A stretch of DNA of 53,987 nucleotides from NCBI GenBank assembly GCA_012961165.1, contig DTZW01000398.1, positions 10,264-64,250 on the forward strand. The letters run 5' to 3'. Numbering within the stretch: position 1 is the stretch's first letter; every line of letters starts with the position of its first letter. Source of the DNA: Gammaproteobacteria bacterium. GTDB taxonomy: Bacteria > Pseudomonadota > Gammaproteobacteria > Pseudomonadales > Azotimanducaceae. Positions 1-10,213 of this stretch are shown here, in pieces. Position numbers and translations under genes: made by a program. The notes below the pieces were generated by a model. That model ran no database searches. It saw only the letters and a program-made list of their open reading frames with translations, and was not told the origin of the DNA.

Positions 1-79
1 GCCACTATACAACGGCGTAACTTTCGTCCATACCCACATCAATACCTATCGTCTGATATCAGGCTACTAAAAGTCCCTG

Positions 80-143
80 TCTGGATAATAAATTGTCTGG
101 ATAATAAATTGCCTGGGTAATAAATTCCTCAGGTAATAAATTG
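80..143. repeat. Four tandem copies of a 16-nt unit (TCTGGATAATAAATTG) spanning the pgpA stop codon
   Basis: Read directly. Units 80-95 and 96-111 are identical. Units 112-127 and 128-143 differ from them at 3-5 positions. The last unit encodes the pgpA C-terminus (QFIT, stop) on the minus strand. Confidence 0.85.
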
Positions 144-614
144 CTGCAAGCCACAGTTTAGTATCTGCACAGCAGCCAGGGCATAGAGCCCTGCAAAGAC
201 ATCATCCAGCATAATGCCGAGCCCACCCGCTAGTTTTTCATCGGCCACACGAACCGGCCAGGGCTTCCAGATATCGAACAAACGAAACAACAGGAAAGCA
301 GGAACTAACCAGATCAGCGATGGTAACCACAGGAGCGTAATCCACATACCAACGAATTCATCCCAGACGATACCGCCAGGGTCCTTGACTTCCATGTGTT
401 TGGCGACGCGATCGGTAACCCAGACGCCCAGAACGAATCCGATAACGATTATAACCACCTGCACAGGGAACGGCGCGTAAAGTGCAGGGATGAAGAGGAG
501 AAGCCCCAGAGCAGAACCTGCGGTACCCGGCGCGACAGGTGCGAGCCCACTTCCCAACCCAAAGGCGAGCAAGTAATCCAGTCTTGTAAAGACGATTTTC
601 CAGTCGTCAGGCAT
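129..614 (-). CDS. pgpA: Phosphatidylglycerophosphatase A
   Basis: 161-aa ORF with the PgpA-type N-terminus (LAFGLGSGLAPVAPGTAGS), polytopic and hydrophobic. It follows thiL as in the E. coli nusB-thiL-pgpA arrangement. Confidence 0.9.
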   Translation of the reverse strand: MPDDWKIVFTRLDYLLAFGLGSGLAPVAPGTAGSALGLLLFIPALYAPFPVQVVIIVIGFVLGVWVTDRVAKHMEVKDPGGIVWDEFVGMWITLLWLPSLIWLVPAFLLFRLFDIWKPWPVRVADEKLAGGLGIMLDDVFAGLYALAAVQILNCGLQQFIT

Positions 615-629
615 TGTTAATCACTCTCT

Positions 630-1589
630 TTAAAAGTGCTCGTAACCGGCGTTACCAAAGTCCATGGGTTCACCTTTGCTATCCCTGATGACTATTTCGC
701 CACCGTCAGTTACCACACCAATTCGCGTCATGGGCACGTCAATCGAGTCTGATACTGCTTTAATTTCACCAGAATCTGCCGGGTCTGCTGTGAAACATAG
801 CTCATAGTCATCACCGGAGAAAAGCGCCATACTTATTGCAATATCCTCACCCGCACTCTTTACCAGCTCTTTCGATAATGGAAGTTCCCAGGCTGCGATC
901 TCAGCGCCTAATGAATCTGTCTCCGCAAGATGGCCAATCTCTGCGACCAGACCATCGGATATATCAATCAGTGAATTCGCGAGACCTCGCAGTTGTCTTC
1001 CCGCCGCTATCCTCGCAACGGGAAACTGGTACCGACTTACAAGGTACCCATCTGCCTGCCCCTTTCGAGAAAGCGCAAGCCCCTGGGCTGCATCACCGAG
1101 CGTACCCGTAACATAGATATCATCACCGACCGACGCCCCGCTTCTTTTGATGGCACTGCCTGCCGGCACGGTCCCCATAATCGTTACGGTTAAACTGAGC
1201 GGGCCTTTCGATAAATTACCACCGACCAGTGGCACCTGATATTGCTCGATAATTTCTGCCAGGGTCGTTGAAAAATCTTCAAGCCAGTCTTCCCTGGCTT
1301 CGGGGAATGTCATCGCAAGCAAAAAAGCATAAGGGGTTGCCCCCATTGCGGCCAGGTCACTCAGGTTCGCCGCCATGGTTCTGGAAGCTACGACCTTTGC
1401 CCGCGAATTCGGCAGGAAATGAACGCCTTCAAGCAGAGTGTCAGTCGAAACACACAGCTCCATATCATCAGGGACCCGAAGAACTGCGCAGTCGTCCCCT
1501 GGACCGATAATGACCGTGTTTTCGTGTTGTGACAGATTAGATATCGACTTGAAATAACGCTCGATGATTGAAAATTCCCGTGTACCCAT
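630..1589 (-). CDS. thiL: Thiamine-monophosphate kinase
   Basis: 319 aa with the PurM-like/ThiL N-terminal motif IGPGDDCAVL. Located between nusB and pgpA. Confidence 0.92.
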   Translation of the reverse strand: MGTREFSIIERYFKSISNLSQHENTVIIGPGDDCAVLRVPDDMELCVSTDTLLEGVHFLPNSRAKVVASRTMAANLSDLAAMGATPYAFLLAMTFPEAREDWLEDFSTTLAEIIEQYQVPLVGGNLSKGPLSLTVTIMGTVPAGSAIKRSGASVGDDIYVTGTLGDAAQGLALSRKGQADGYLVSRYQFPVARIAAGRQLRGLANSLIDISDGLVAEIGHLAETDSLGAEIAAWELPLSKELVKSAGEDIAISMALFSGDDYELCFTADPADSGEIKAVSDSIDVPMTRIGVVTDGGEIVIRDSKGEPMDFGNAGYEHF

Positions 1590-1591
1590 CG

Positions 1592-2014
1592 CTACTCAGC
1601 CTGTCTTAGCTCTTTCGCCAGGGAATCCAGGATCGAATTGACGTATTTATAGCTGTCAGTCCCGCCGAACGTCTTAGCCAGCTCAACACCTTCGTTAATA
1701 ACAACGCGATAGGGAACATCAATCCTTGAGCAAAGCTCAAAGACCCCGATCATCAAGATACCTTTCTCAATAGGGTCAAGTTCATCGAGGGGCCGGTCCG
1801 CCTTGGCCGCAATCAGCCCCTCCAGCTTTTGTTGGTCGTTCGCTATGCCTTGAAGTACGTCTCTGAAATACCCAACGTCGGCGCGCTTCATGTTGTTTTC
1901 TTTCGTGAAAGAATCAATGACCAGCGCAAATTCAGTGCCGGTCAATTGAGCCTGATAAAGCGCCTGCACAAGGAACTGTCTTGATCTGCTTCTCGCAGCT
2001 GCGCTGGGTTTCAT
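1592..2014 (-). CDS. nusB: Transcription antitermination factor NusB
   Basis: 140 aa with a typical NusB start ([19 protein letters not shown]). Its 4-nt overlap with the ribH stop is the classic ribH-nusB linkage. Confidence 0.93.
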   Translation of the reverse strand: MKPSAAARSRSRQFLVQALYQAQLTGTEFALVIDSFTKENNMKRADVGYFRDVLQGIANDQQKLEGLIAAKADRPLDELDPIEKGILMIGVFELCSRIDVPYRVVINEGVELAKTFGGTDSYKYVNSILDSLAKELRQAE

Positions 2015-2478
2015 CCAATGTTGCGCAGCAGACTGACCATCTCCAGCGCGGTCATTGCAGCGTCCGCACCCTTGTTGCCTGCCTTGGTCCCGGACCTCTC
2101 AACCGCCTGCTCAATGGTATCCGTCGTGAGCACACCAAAAGCAATCGGGATGTCGTGATCCAGGGAGACCCGGGACAACCCGCTTGAACATTCGCCAGCG
2201 ACAAAGTCGAAATGAGGTGTACCCCCTCGAATCACTGCACCCAGAGCGATTATTGCGTCAGTACCGCCCTTGGCCGCAACCCTCTGAGCTGCCAGCGGCA
2301 TCTCATACGCACCCGGGACCCTGACCACAGTAATATTAGCTTCTGGCACACCCTGCCTTCGAAGCGTATCAATCGCCCCGGCACATAGATTATCTACGAT
2401 TGCACTGTTGAAGCGTCCAACCACTAGTGTGAATTTGGCGGTGTTCGCGGAAAAATCGCCTTCGATGACCTTTGTCAT
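2011..2478 (-). CDS. ribH: 6,7-dimethyl-8-ribityllumazine synthase
   Basis: 155 aa with lumazine synthase motifs ([36 protein letters not shown]). Confidence 0.95.
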   Translation of the reverse strand: MTKVIEGDFSANTAKFTLVVGRFNSAIVDNLCAGAIDTLRRQGVPEANITVVRVPGAYEMPLAAQRVAAKGGTDAIIALGAVIRGGTPHFDFVAGECSSGLSRVSLDHDIPIAFGVLTTDTIEQAVERSGTKAGNKGADAAMTALEMVSLLRNIG

Positions 2479-2496
2479 TTTTTTGTTCCTGAAAAG

Positions 2497-3588
2497 TTAA
2501 TTCACGGTTGCGGTGACTTTGATATCAGGGCCGATGACCCGGATATCCTCTATGCTCAGCTCCGCAAGGTCGGACATTCTACCAACTTCTGCAAGGTTCA
2601 GTAACGACCTTCCCGAATTACCGATTAGACGTGGCGCGACATAAATAACAACCTCATCTGCCAGCCGCTGATTTATCAGGGAGCCTGCCAGCGTGGGGCC
2701 GCACTCAAAGAGCACCTCACTGTGTTCTCTCGCTGCCAACTCTTTCAGCAGAGCCTTAATATCAACCCTGTTTTCCAGTGCTGAAATCCGTAACACTTCA
2801 ACGGGTAAATGTGCGTCCCTGTCACTGGTTGTTACCACCACCGTGGACGGTACCGACATCAACTGAACCGTTTCGGGGACACGCAGACCGGAATCCAGGA
2901 TATAGACAGGCCGTCCAACGTCTGCGCACAGTTGCGCATGTTCAACCTTCAGTTCTTCACTTCGAACAGAGAGCCTGGGGTCATCATCGATCACGGTTTG
3001 TACGCCCGTCACAATTGCCGCGCTGCTGGCACGGAGCTTTTGGACATCCGCACGGGATTCGGGGGAAGTAATCCACCTGCTTTCCCCGTTTGAAAGCGCT
3101 GTCTTGCCATCCAGCGTCATCGCAAGTTTAAGCCGCACAAAAGGTCTCTGCTTTGTGTGTCGACTCACATGGCCCTCAACAAGGTCCTGCGCAGCTTCCT
3201 GCATAAAAGGAGTAACAACCTCAATCCCCGCTTCCTGGAGTATCTGAACCCCCTTTCCCGCGTTTCGCTCATCCGGGTCCAGCATTGCCACCACAACCTT
3301 ACTGACGCCGGCATCAATCAACGCGCGCGCACATGACGGTGTTCTACCATGAAAGCTACACGGTTCTAGTGTGACATAGGCAATCGACTCTCTAGCATCG
3401 GTTCCCGCGTCAGCCAGCGCATTCGCTTCCGCATGGCCCTGGCCGGCTAACAAATGAAAACCTTCGCCGACGACATTTCCCTGTCGCACAAGTACACACC
3501 CGACGCAGGGGTTTGGATGAGCCGAGTACCTCCCGTTTTCGGCCAGCCTTAGCGCTCTCGCCATAAAACCTTGGTCTTCCAGGGACAT
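2497..3588 (-). CDS. ribD: Bifunctional riboflavin biosynthesis deaminase/reductase RibD
   Basis: 363 aa with the cytidine-deaminase zinc motifs HAEANAL and EPCSFHGRTPSC, followed by a reductase domain. The ATG shares one base with the nrdR stop (TAATG). Confidence 0.95.
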   Translation of the reverse strand: MSLEDQGFMARALRLAENGRYSAHPNPCVGCVLVRQGNVVGEGFHLLAGQGHAEANALADAGTDARESIAYVTLEPCSFHGRTPSCARALIDAGVSKVVVAMLDPDERNAGKGVQILQEAGIEVVTPFMQEAAQDLVEGHVSRHTKQRPFVRLKLAMTLDGKTALSNGESRWITSPESRADVQKLRASSAAIVTGVQTVIDDDPRLSVRSEELKVEHAQLCADVGRPVYILDSGLRVPETVQLMSVPSTVVVTTSDRDAHLPVEVLRISALENRVDIKALLKELAAREHSEVLFECGPTLAGSLINQRLADEVVIYVAPRLIGNSGRSLLNLAEVGRMSDLAELSIEDIRVIGPDIKVTATVN

Positions 3589-4058
3589 TAACTTTCCTTT
3601 CCAGCCTTATGTTTGTCCATGGCCTCAATCTCACGCCTGAACTCATTCACATCCTGAAAACTTCGATAGACGGAGGCAAAGCGCACGTAAGCTACGTCAT
3701 CGAGTTCGCGAAGCTCGTCCATTACCAGTTCCCCCACTGCCCTGGTGCCAACTTCACGCTCGCCGGTTTCCCGAAGCCTGTGTTTGATTCTGTCGAGGGT
3801 CGCGTCGATTCTCTCGAGATCAACCGGCCTTTTCTCCAGCGCTCTAAGGAGCCCACTTCGCAGTTTTTCTTCGTCGAATGGCTGCCTGGAACCGTTGTTC
3901 TTGATCACCCTGGGAAGCACCAGCTCAGCCGTTTCAAAGGTGGTATATCGTTCCCCACAACTCTGGCACTCACGACGACGACGAACCTGGTTTCCGTCTC
4001 CCACCAAACGGGAGTCAATAACCTTCGTTTCACTATCTGAACAAAATGGGCAATACAC
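3588..4058 (-). CDS. nrdR: Transcriptional repressor NrdR (zinc ribbon plus ATP-cone)
   Basis: The track ORF 3588..4328 contains the NrdR sequence from (V)[18 protein letters not shown]...[13 protein letters not shown] verified a GTG at 4058-4056 directly preceding YCPFC. This gives 156 aa, the normal NrdR size; a second GTG lies two codons upstream. Confidence 0.88.
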   Translation of the reverse strand: MYCPFCSDSETKVIDSRLVGDGNQVRRRRECQSCGERYTTFETAELVLPRVIKNNGSRQPFDEEKLRSGLLRALEKRPVDLERIDATLDRIKHRLRETGEREVGTRAVGELVMDELRELDDVAYVRFASVYRSFQDVNEFRREIEAMDKHKAGKES

Positions 4059-4173
4059 GGTCACTTCCAACGAACAAAGCCGATATTCTACTCCATTTTG
4101 ATCGCGTGCCAGATTTACCCTTCTCCAGCGTGAGGCATGCAGTAGAATATCATTTTCGTCTTTGAGAACTACC

Positions 4174-5844
4174 ATGGCCCAGTATGTATACACCATGTCC
4201 CAGGTCGGCAAAGTTGTGCCACCTAACAGGACTATCCTCAAGGATATTTCGCTGTCGTTTTTCCCGGGGGCCAAGATCGGGGTACTCGGGTTAAACGGTG
4301 CTGGTAAATCAACATTACTTCGAATCATGGCTGGCTTAGATACAGAGTATCTCGGCGAAGCTCGCCCGCAAGCGAATCTGAATGTGGGTTACCTGCCCCA
4401 GGAACCCGCACTAGACAACAGCAAAGACGTACGCGGAAATATCGAAGACGGACTGGGAGAGATCAACGAACTGCTGAAAGAGTTCAACGCCATCAGTGAC
4501 AGGTTTGCCGAACCCATGCCCGAAGACGAGATGACTCAACTACTGGATAAACAGGGAGACCTGCAATTAAAAATTGATTCGTTGGATGGCTGGAACCTTG
4601 AACGTAAGATGGACATCGCGAGCGACGCCCTTCGTTTGCCACCCTGGGATGCGGAAGTTGAACACCTGTCCGGCGGCGAGAAAAGGCGCGTCGCTTTATG
4701 TCGATTGTTGATGTCAAATCCGGATATGTTGCTGCTTGATGAGCCTACAAACCACCTTGACGCAGAGAGTGTCGCCTGGCTGGAGCGTTACCTGAAAGAG
4801 TTTCCGGGCACCGTCGTTGCGATTACACACGATCGATACTTTCTTGATAATGCAGCAGGCTGGATTCTGGAACTGGATCGAGGCTATGGCATTCCCTACG
4901 AGGGCAACTACAGCGATTGGCTTGGTGCAAAGGAAAAACGATTACAGGTAGATGAAAGCAAAGAAGTAGCGCGGCAAAAATCTATCAGGGCAGAACTGGA
5001 GTGGGTGCGCTCTCAACCGAAGGCAAGGCAGGCAAAAAACAAGGCAAGGCTTGCACGTTTCGAGGAACTGAATTCACAGGACTTCCAGGCTCGCAACGAA
5101 ACACAGGAGCTCTATATACCACCTGGACCACGGCTAGGGGACACCGTGCTTGAGGTCGATGGCATCAGCAAAAAGTTTGGCGAGACAGTGCTGATCGACC
5201 ATCTGAGCTTTATCGTACCGAGAGGAGCCATCATAGGAATCGTCGGCGGCAATGGTGCGGGTAAATCAACGCTGTTCAGGATGATTGCTGGAACGCAGCA
5301 ACCCGATTCAGGAGCGGTGAGAGTAGGAGAAACCGTTACCCTGGGATATGTCGATCAATCCCGGGATAGCCTGGAAGGCGATAAAACCGTCTGGCAGGAA
5401 ATTTCCGAGGGCAATGAGATTATCAAGATAGGGAAGTATGAAACCCAGTCACGGAGTTATGTCAGCCGATTCAACTTCAAGGGCTCTGATCAGCAAAAGT
5501 TTGTGAAAGACCTCTCCGGTGGTGAACGAAATCGAGTACATCTGGCAAAGCTATTGAAGACTGGCGCCAACCTGCTGCTGCTGGACGAACCAACCAATGA
5601 CCTGGATGTGGAAACTCTCAGGGCCCTTGAAGGTGCAATCGAAACTTTCCCCGGCAGCATGATGATTATCTCCCACGATCGCTGGTTCCTGGACAGGCTG
5701 GCGACTCATATTCTTGCCTTCGAAGGGGATAGTCACGTGGAGTTCTTCCCTGGTAACTACAGTGAATACGAAGAAGACCGCCTGAAGCGTCTGGGAACCA
5801 AAGAGGTCGTTCCAACCCGGTTAAAATACAAGAAACTGGCTTGA
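4174..5844 (+). CDS. ettA: Energy-dependent translational throttle protein EttA (ABC-F ATPase)
   Basis: Starts [19 protein letters not shown], a canonical EttA N-terminus at the ATG at 4174. Two Walker A motifs ([18 protein letters not shown]) and two ABC signatures ([16 protein letters not shown]). 556 aa. Confidence 0.95.
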   Translation: MAQYVYTMSQVGKVVPPNRTILKDISLSFFPGAKIGVLGLNGAGKSTLLRIMAGLDTEYLGEARPQANLNVGYLPQEPALDNSKDVRGNIEDGLGEINELLKEFNAISDRFAEPMPEDEMTQLLDKQGDLQLKIDSLDGWNLERKMDIASDALRLPPWDAEVEHLSGGEKRRVALCRLLMSNPDMLLLDEPTNHLDAESVAWLERYLKEFPGTVVAITHDRYFLDNAAGWILELDRGYGIPYEGNYSDWLGAKEKRLQVDESKEVARQKSIRAELEWVRSQPKARQAKNKARLARFEELNSQDFQARNETQELYIPPGPRLGDTVLEVDGISKKFGETVLIDHLSFIVPRGAIIGIVGGNGAGKSTLFRMIAGTQQPDSGAVRVGETVTLGYVDQSRDSLEGDKTVWQEISEGNEIIKIGKYETQSRSYVSRFNFKGSDQQKFVKDLSGGERNRVHLAKLLKTGANLLLLDEPTNDLDVETLRALEGAIETFPGSMMIISHDRWFLDRLATHILAFEGDSHVEFFPGNYSEYEEDRLKRLGTKEVVPTRLKYKKLA

Positions 5845-5900
5845 GAAACCGCCTTCTATCCGGATATTTTCTGGGCCGGTAATCCGCGGGTTATTCGCGG

Positions 5901-7259
5901 TTAGAGCTCCTCGAGCGCGGCGAGCACATCGCCCAGCTTTCTCACCAGAATCACCTTCATGCCCGACACTTGCTGCCTGGGCTTGTTACCTTCCGGCACA
6001 ATGGCGATCCTGAATCCATGTTTTGCTGCTTCACGTATTCTTTCCTGACCGTTCGGTACCGGTCTGATTTCGCCGGAGAGCCCAACCTCACCAAAACATA
6101 CCAGGTCCAGGGGTAGCGCCCTGTTTGTAAATGACGAGACGACGGCAAGGATTAAAGCCAGGTCACTACTGGTTTCATCAATACGAATACCTCCGACGGC
6201 ATTGACGAACACATCCTGATCGCCAACCTGCAGCCCGCCATGCCGATGAAGAATGGCAAGCAACATCGATAATCGGTTGTGCTCAAAACCGACTGCTACA
6301 CGCCTCGGATTCGCAAGCGCACTCGCATCGACCAGCGCCTGGGCCTCTAGCAGGAGTGGTCGCGTACCTTCCCATACGACCATGACAACGCTACCTGGTG
6401 TGGCTTCCTCAGATTTCGACAGAAAAATGGCAGATGGATTAGAGACTTCCTGCATGCCTTTATCTGTCATCGCAAAAACGCCCAATTCGTTGACAGCGCC
6501 AAATCGGTTCTTGGAACTTCTGAGCGTTCTAAAGCGGGAGTCGCCATCCCCTTCGAGCATTACAAAGGTGTCAATCATATGCTCCAGAACGCGAGGGCCG
6601 GCAAGAGAACCTTCTTTTGTCACATGACCCACCAGGAACAATACTGCGCCAGTCTGTTTAGCCTGACGGATTAACAGGGCGGCGGATTCCCTGACCTGGG
6701 CAACACCACCTGGTGACGATTCGTTAACCGAGGTATGCATCACCTGAATTGAGTCGACCACCACAAGCTCTGGTTTCATTTCATTCCACTGCATGATAAG
6801 GCGCTCGCAGCTGGTTTCAGACATGACTTCAAGGTTTTCCATCGGCAAACCCAGTCTGCGCGCGCGCATCGCCACCTGGGACAGGCTTTCCTCCCCTGTG
6901 ACGTATAGTGCCTTTCGCTGCGCGGCCAGCTGACACATGACCTGGATGAGCAGGGTGCTCTTTCCTGCACCCGGATTACCACTAATCAGGATCACCGAGC
7001 CACGAACTAATCCTCCGCCCAGGACGCGGTCCAGTTCGCCGATTCCGGTCTGAATCCGGGGAAGTTCTTCTGCTGAAACATCAATGAGTTTCCTGGGAGG
7101 TTCCAGCTGACCGCTGAACCCACCGCGAGCTGGCGAACCAGCGTCAATAGATAACCTGGACAGGGTGTTCCATTCCTGGCAATCATTGCACTGGCCCTGC
7201 CATTTCGCATATTCACTGCCGCAATCATTACAAACAAAAACAGTCTTTGATTTAGCCAC
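5901..7259 (-). CDS. radA: DNA repair protein RadA/Sms
   Basis: 452 aa with an N-terminal zinc finger (CNDCGSEYAKWQGQCNDC), Walker A GNPGAGKST, the KNRFG motif, and a Lon-like C-terminus. Confidence 0.95.
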   Translation of the reverse strand: MAKSKTVFVCNDCGSEYAKWQGQCNDCQEWNTLSRLSIDAGSPARGGFSGQLEPPRKLIDVSAEELPRIQTGIGELDRVLGGGLVRGSVILISGNPGAGKSTLLIQVMCQLAAQRKALYVTGEESLSQVAMRARRLGLPMENLEVMSETSCERLIMQWNEMKPELVVVDSIQVMHTSVNESSPGGVAQVRESAALLIRQAKQTGAVLFLVGHVTKEGSLAGPRVLEHMIDTFVMLEGDGDSRFRTLRSSKNRFGAVNELGVFAMTDKGMQEVSNPSAIFLSKSEEATPGSVVMVVWEGTRPLLLEAQALVDASALANPRRVAVGFEHNRLSMLLAILHRHGGLQVGDQDVFVNAVGGIRIDETSSDLALILAVVSSFTNRALPLDLVCFGEVGLSGEIRPVPNGQERIREAAKHGFRIAIVPEGNKPRQQVSGMKVILVRKLGDVLAALEEL

Positions 7260-8352
7260 GACTATTACCCCGGTGCCGTCGATTGACCCTTGCTGTTACG
7301 CCGCAAAGAAGGGTGTACGGAATAGTCCCGGCTTTATCGGCGATCTCTTCAACGGGTAAATCGTCTCCCCAGAGGATCGCGCGGTCACCCACTTTTACCG
7401 AATGAGCCTTCTTTGAATAAGAATCGTCCAGCTGGACACATATCATGTCCATAGAAACACGTCCCACCAGGGGATATCGAACTCCATTGACAAGAACCGG
7501 TGCACCCTGGGCAATCTCCCGCGGATAACCGTCTGCATAACCAACGGCGATCACTGCAATGGTTGAGTCTTTATCTGCCGTCCAGATACCCCCATAACCC
7601 ACCGATTCTCCCTGCCGGATAGTCCGAACAGCAATCACCGGTGCACCAAACGACATCGCGGCATGCAGAGAGGGGATGGGGTCAAGATCATCAAAGGGCG
7701 ATGCGCCATAAAGCATGAGGCCGGGTCGTACCCAGTCTCCGGGAGGATTATGAAGCGCCAGAACACCCCCAGAATTGGCAATACTAAGAACTTCACTGCC
7801 TGGAACATCCAGGCTGTTCGCCAGAGATGTGATCCTGGCAATTTGGTGGCCTGTCGTGGTCGATCTTTTGTCGCCGGCGTCGGCAAGGTGGGTCATCAAA
7901 CCCAGCAGCCCCTGGTGACCTAGCTTTTGTAACACCGAAGGCGTTTCCTCTACAGAGAACCCAAGACGCCCCATGCCTGTATCGACCTTAACCCATGCGT
8001 GACGGCGGGCACCTCGAGTGGCCAACAGTTCCAGTTGTTCCCAGTTGTGCAGCACCACCTGAAGCTCGTAGACACTGGCAAGATTAAGTTCTTCCGGATC
8101 ATTCACACCTTCCAGCAGGCATATCGGCTGGCCAATACCAGATTCACGCAGTTTGACGGCTTCACTTACCCGGGCAACGCCAAAGGCATCGGCACCGACC
8201 AGCGCCTGCGCTACCTTGCTGGCGCCATGGCCATAAGCATCCGCCTTAACAACAGCCATCACCTTGCTGGCGGGCGCTCGTTGCTTTGCCTGGTCAAAAT
8301 TGTGCCGGATGGCATCAAGGTCAATGATTGCTGTGGCTTGGCTGTTACTCAT
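7252..8352 (-). CDS. alr: Alanine racemase
   Basis: 366 aa with the PLP-lysine motif VVKADAYGHGA. Follows dnaB (8-nt gap) and overlaps the radA start by 8 nt. Confidence 0.93.
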   Translation of the reverse strand: MSNSQATAIIDLDAIRHNFDQAKQRAPASKVMAVVKADAYGHGASKVAQALVGADAFGVARVSEAVKLRESGIGQPICLLEGVNDPEELNLASVYELQVVLHNWEQLELLATRGARRHAWVKVDTGMGRLGFSVEETPSVLQKLGHQGLLGLMTHLADAGDKRSTTTGHQIARITSLANSLDVPGSEVLSIANSGGVLALHNPPGDWVRPGLMLYGASPFDDLDPIPSLHAAMSFGAPVIAVRTIRQGESVGYGGIWTADKDSTIAVIAVGYADGYPREIAQGAPVLVNGVRYPLVGRVSMDMICVQLDDSYSKKAHSVKVGDRAILWGDDLPVEEIADKAGTIPYTLLCGVTARVNRRHRGNSRG

Positions 8353-8360
8353 ATCTACAT

Positions 8361-9713
8361 TTAGTAATAATCGTCGTAACCAACGGCCAGGTCTTCGAAC
8401 TTCGTATACTGCCCGACAAACGCCAGTTTCTTTCTACCAATTGGACCGTTCCGTTGTTTCAGAAAAATGATCTCGGCGATACCCTTCTCTGCATCCTCGT
8501 GATACACCTCGTCCCTGTATATCGCCATAATCACGTCAGCATCCTGCTCAATGGCACCGGATTCACGAAGATCAGACATGATAGGTCGTTTGTCAGGTCG
8601 CTGTTCCAGACTCCGGTTGAGCTGGGAGCCTGCAATCACCGGACAATCAAATTCCTTGGCTATACTTTTGAGCGAACGCGAGATTTCGGATATTTCACCG
8701 GCCCTGTTTTCGGGTGTGCCAGACACCTGCATCAACTGTATGTAGTCCAGGAGGATCATGCCCAGTTTGCCGTGCTCTCTCGCCACCCGGCGGGCACGTG
8801 ACCTGATCTCATTGGGCGAAAGTGCAGCAGTATCATCAATAAACAGCGGCTTATCATTCAACAAGGTGACAGCGGAGGTCAACCGTGGCCAGTCATCATC
8901 ACCCAGCTGGCCTGTCCGTATCTTGGTCTGGTCGATACGACCAAGGGATGAGAGCATCCTGAGGACCAGCGAATCAGATGGCATTTCCATACTGAAGACG
9001 AGCACAGGACTTTCGCCAGAGATAGCGGCACTCTCTGCGATATTCATCATAAAGGATGTCTTGCCCATCGATGGGCGGCCAGCGACGATGATCAGGTCTG
9101 CCGGTTGCAGACCCGAGGTCATCTCATCGATATCTCTGAAACCACTACTGATACCGGTTAGCGCGCCTTTGGTCTGGAACAATACATCGATGCGCTCAAC
9201 GGCCCTGGTCAGTAGCGGTCGAACAGATTCAGGACCACCACTGCTGGGGCGATCATCAGATATCTTGAAAACCTTGGATTCAGCTTCGTCAATGAGCGTT
9301 GCGCTGTTACGGCCATCAGGATTGAAGCCGCTATCCGCGATTTCGTGGGCAACAGATATCAGGCTTCGAACCGTCGACCTTTCCCGCACAATTTGCGCAT
9401 AGGCGTGAATATTAGATGCTGTAGGGGTGCTACTAGCCAAGTCTGAAATGTACGCAAGGCCGCCAACGTTCTCTAGTTCGCCAATACCTTCCAGCGCTTC
9501 TGAGATTGTAATGATATCGAGCGGATGGTTTTTTTCGACCAGGTCCGCCATCACCCGATAGATGATCCGATGATCCGATCGATAAAAGTCTTCTGCGGCA
9601 AGAGAGCCTGAAATATTATCCCAGGCATTATCATCGAGCATCAGGCCACCGAGCACTGATCGCTCAGCCTCGATAGAATGAGGAGGTACTTTTAGAGGGC
9701 TAAGGTCATCCAA
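8361..9713 (-). CDS. dnaB: Replicative DNA helicase DnaB
   Basis: 450 aa with a typical DnaB N-terminus (PPHSIEAERSVLGGLMLD), Walker A GRPSMGKTS, and RecA-like C-terminal motifs. Confidence 0.96.
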   Translation of the reverse strand: MDDLSPLKVPPHSIEAERSVLGGLMLDDNAWDNISGSLAAEDFYRSDHRIIYRVMADLVEKNHPLDIITISEALEGIGELENVGGLAYISDLASSTPTASNIHAYAQIVRERSTVRSLISVAHEIADSGFNPDGRNSATLIDEAESKVFKISDDRPSSGGPESVRPLLTRAVERIDVLFQTKGALTGISSGFRDIDEMTSGLQPADLIIVAGRPSMGKTSFMMNIAESAAISGESPVLVFSMEMPSDSLVLRMLSSLGRIDQTKIRTGQLGDDDWPRLTSAVTLLNDKPLFIDDTAALSPNEIRSRARRVAREHGKLGMILLDYIQLMQVSGTPENRAGEISEISRSLKSIAKEFDCPVIAGSQLNRSLEQRPDKRPIMSDLRESGAIEQDADVIMAIYRDEVYHEDAEKGIAEIIFLKQRNGPIGRKKLAFVGQYTKFEDLAVGYDDYY

Positions 9714-9760
9714 TCGACATCTCGAGACTTAACTGCAGCGGGAGAACAAGAGTAAATAAA

Positions 9761-10210
9761 TTACGCCTCGGCTACCACTGCCAATTTCAATACTGCGTCA
9801 ACTTCAGGGTGAAGATGGATATTGATCTCGAATTCTCCAAGCTCACGAATGGGGCCTTCGGGCAACCTCACCTCACTTTTCTCCAGCTTGACACCGGCCG
9901 CCTCACAGGCTTCAGCAATATCTCGCACCGTAATCGATCCGAACAGCTTACCTTCTTCTCCGGCCTTGGTGGTAATCGTGATTGACAGTTCGTCTACCTT
10001 CTTGGCCCGGTTTTTCGCAATGCTCAGCTTATCGCCGGCCACTGCTTCGAGGTCTGCCCGTCGCTCTTCGAATTGCTGCAGGTTTTCAGCTGTAGCAGGT
10101 ACCGCTTTTTTTTGCGGAATAAGAAAATTGCGGCCGTAGCCCGACTTTACAGTGACCTTGTCACCCAATTCGCCTAGCTTCAGGACACTCTCTAGTAATA
10201 TTACTTCCAT
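9761..10210 (-). CDS. rplI: 50S ribosomal protein L9
   Basis: 149 aa. [32 protein letters not shown] is the canonical L9 N-terminus. Confidence 0.96.
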   Translation of the reverse strand: MEVILLESVLKLGELGDKVTVKSGYGRNFLIPQKKAVPATAENLQQFEERRADLEAVAGDKLSIAKNRAKKVDELSITITTKAGEEGKLFGSITVRDIAEACEAAGVKLEKSEVRLPEGPIRELGEFEINIHLHPEVDAVLKLAVVAEA

Positions 10211-10213
10211 GAC

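Noticed and set aside
3588-4328. 246-aa ORF in the track, which would give NrdR a 90-aa N-terminal extension overlapping the ettA start region
   Set aside because: NrdR proteins begin at the zinc ribbon (M-x-CPFC). A GTG sits exactly one codon before YCPFC at 4058. The upstream part has no similarity to anything and overlaps the divergent ettA 5' end.
5845-5900. Bidirectional terminator between the convergent ettA and radA genes (CCGCG-ggttatt-CGCGG)
   Set aside because: The stem is only 5 bp and has no U-tract on either strand, which is too weak to call.
8328-9402. 157-aa and 214-aa plus-strand ORFs
   Set aside because: They are antisense to dnaB, which has an unambiguous full-length match. 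They have no motifs, and such long antisense frames are common in genes of this composition.
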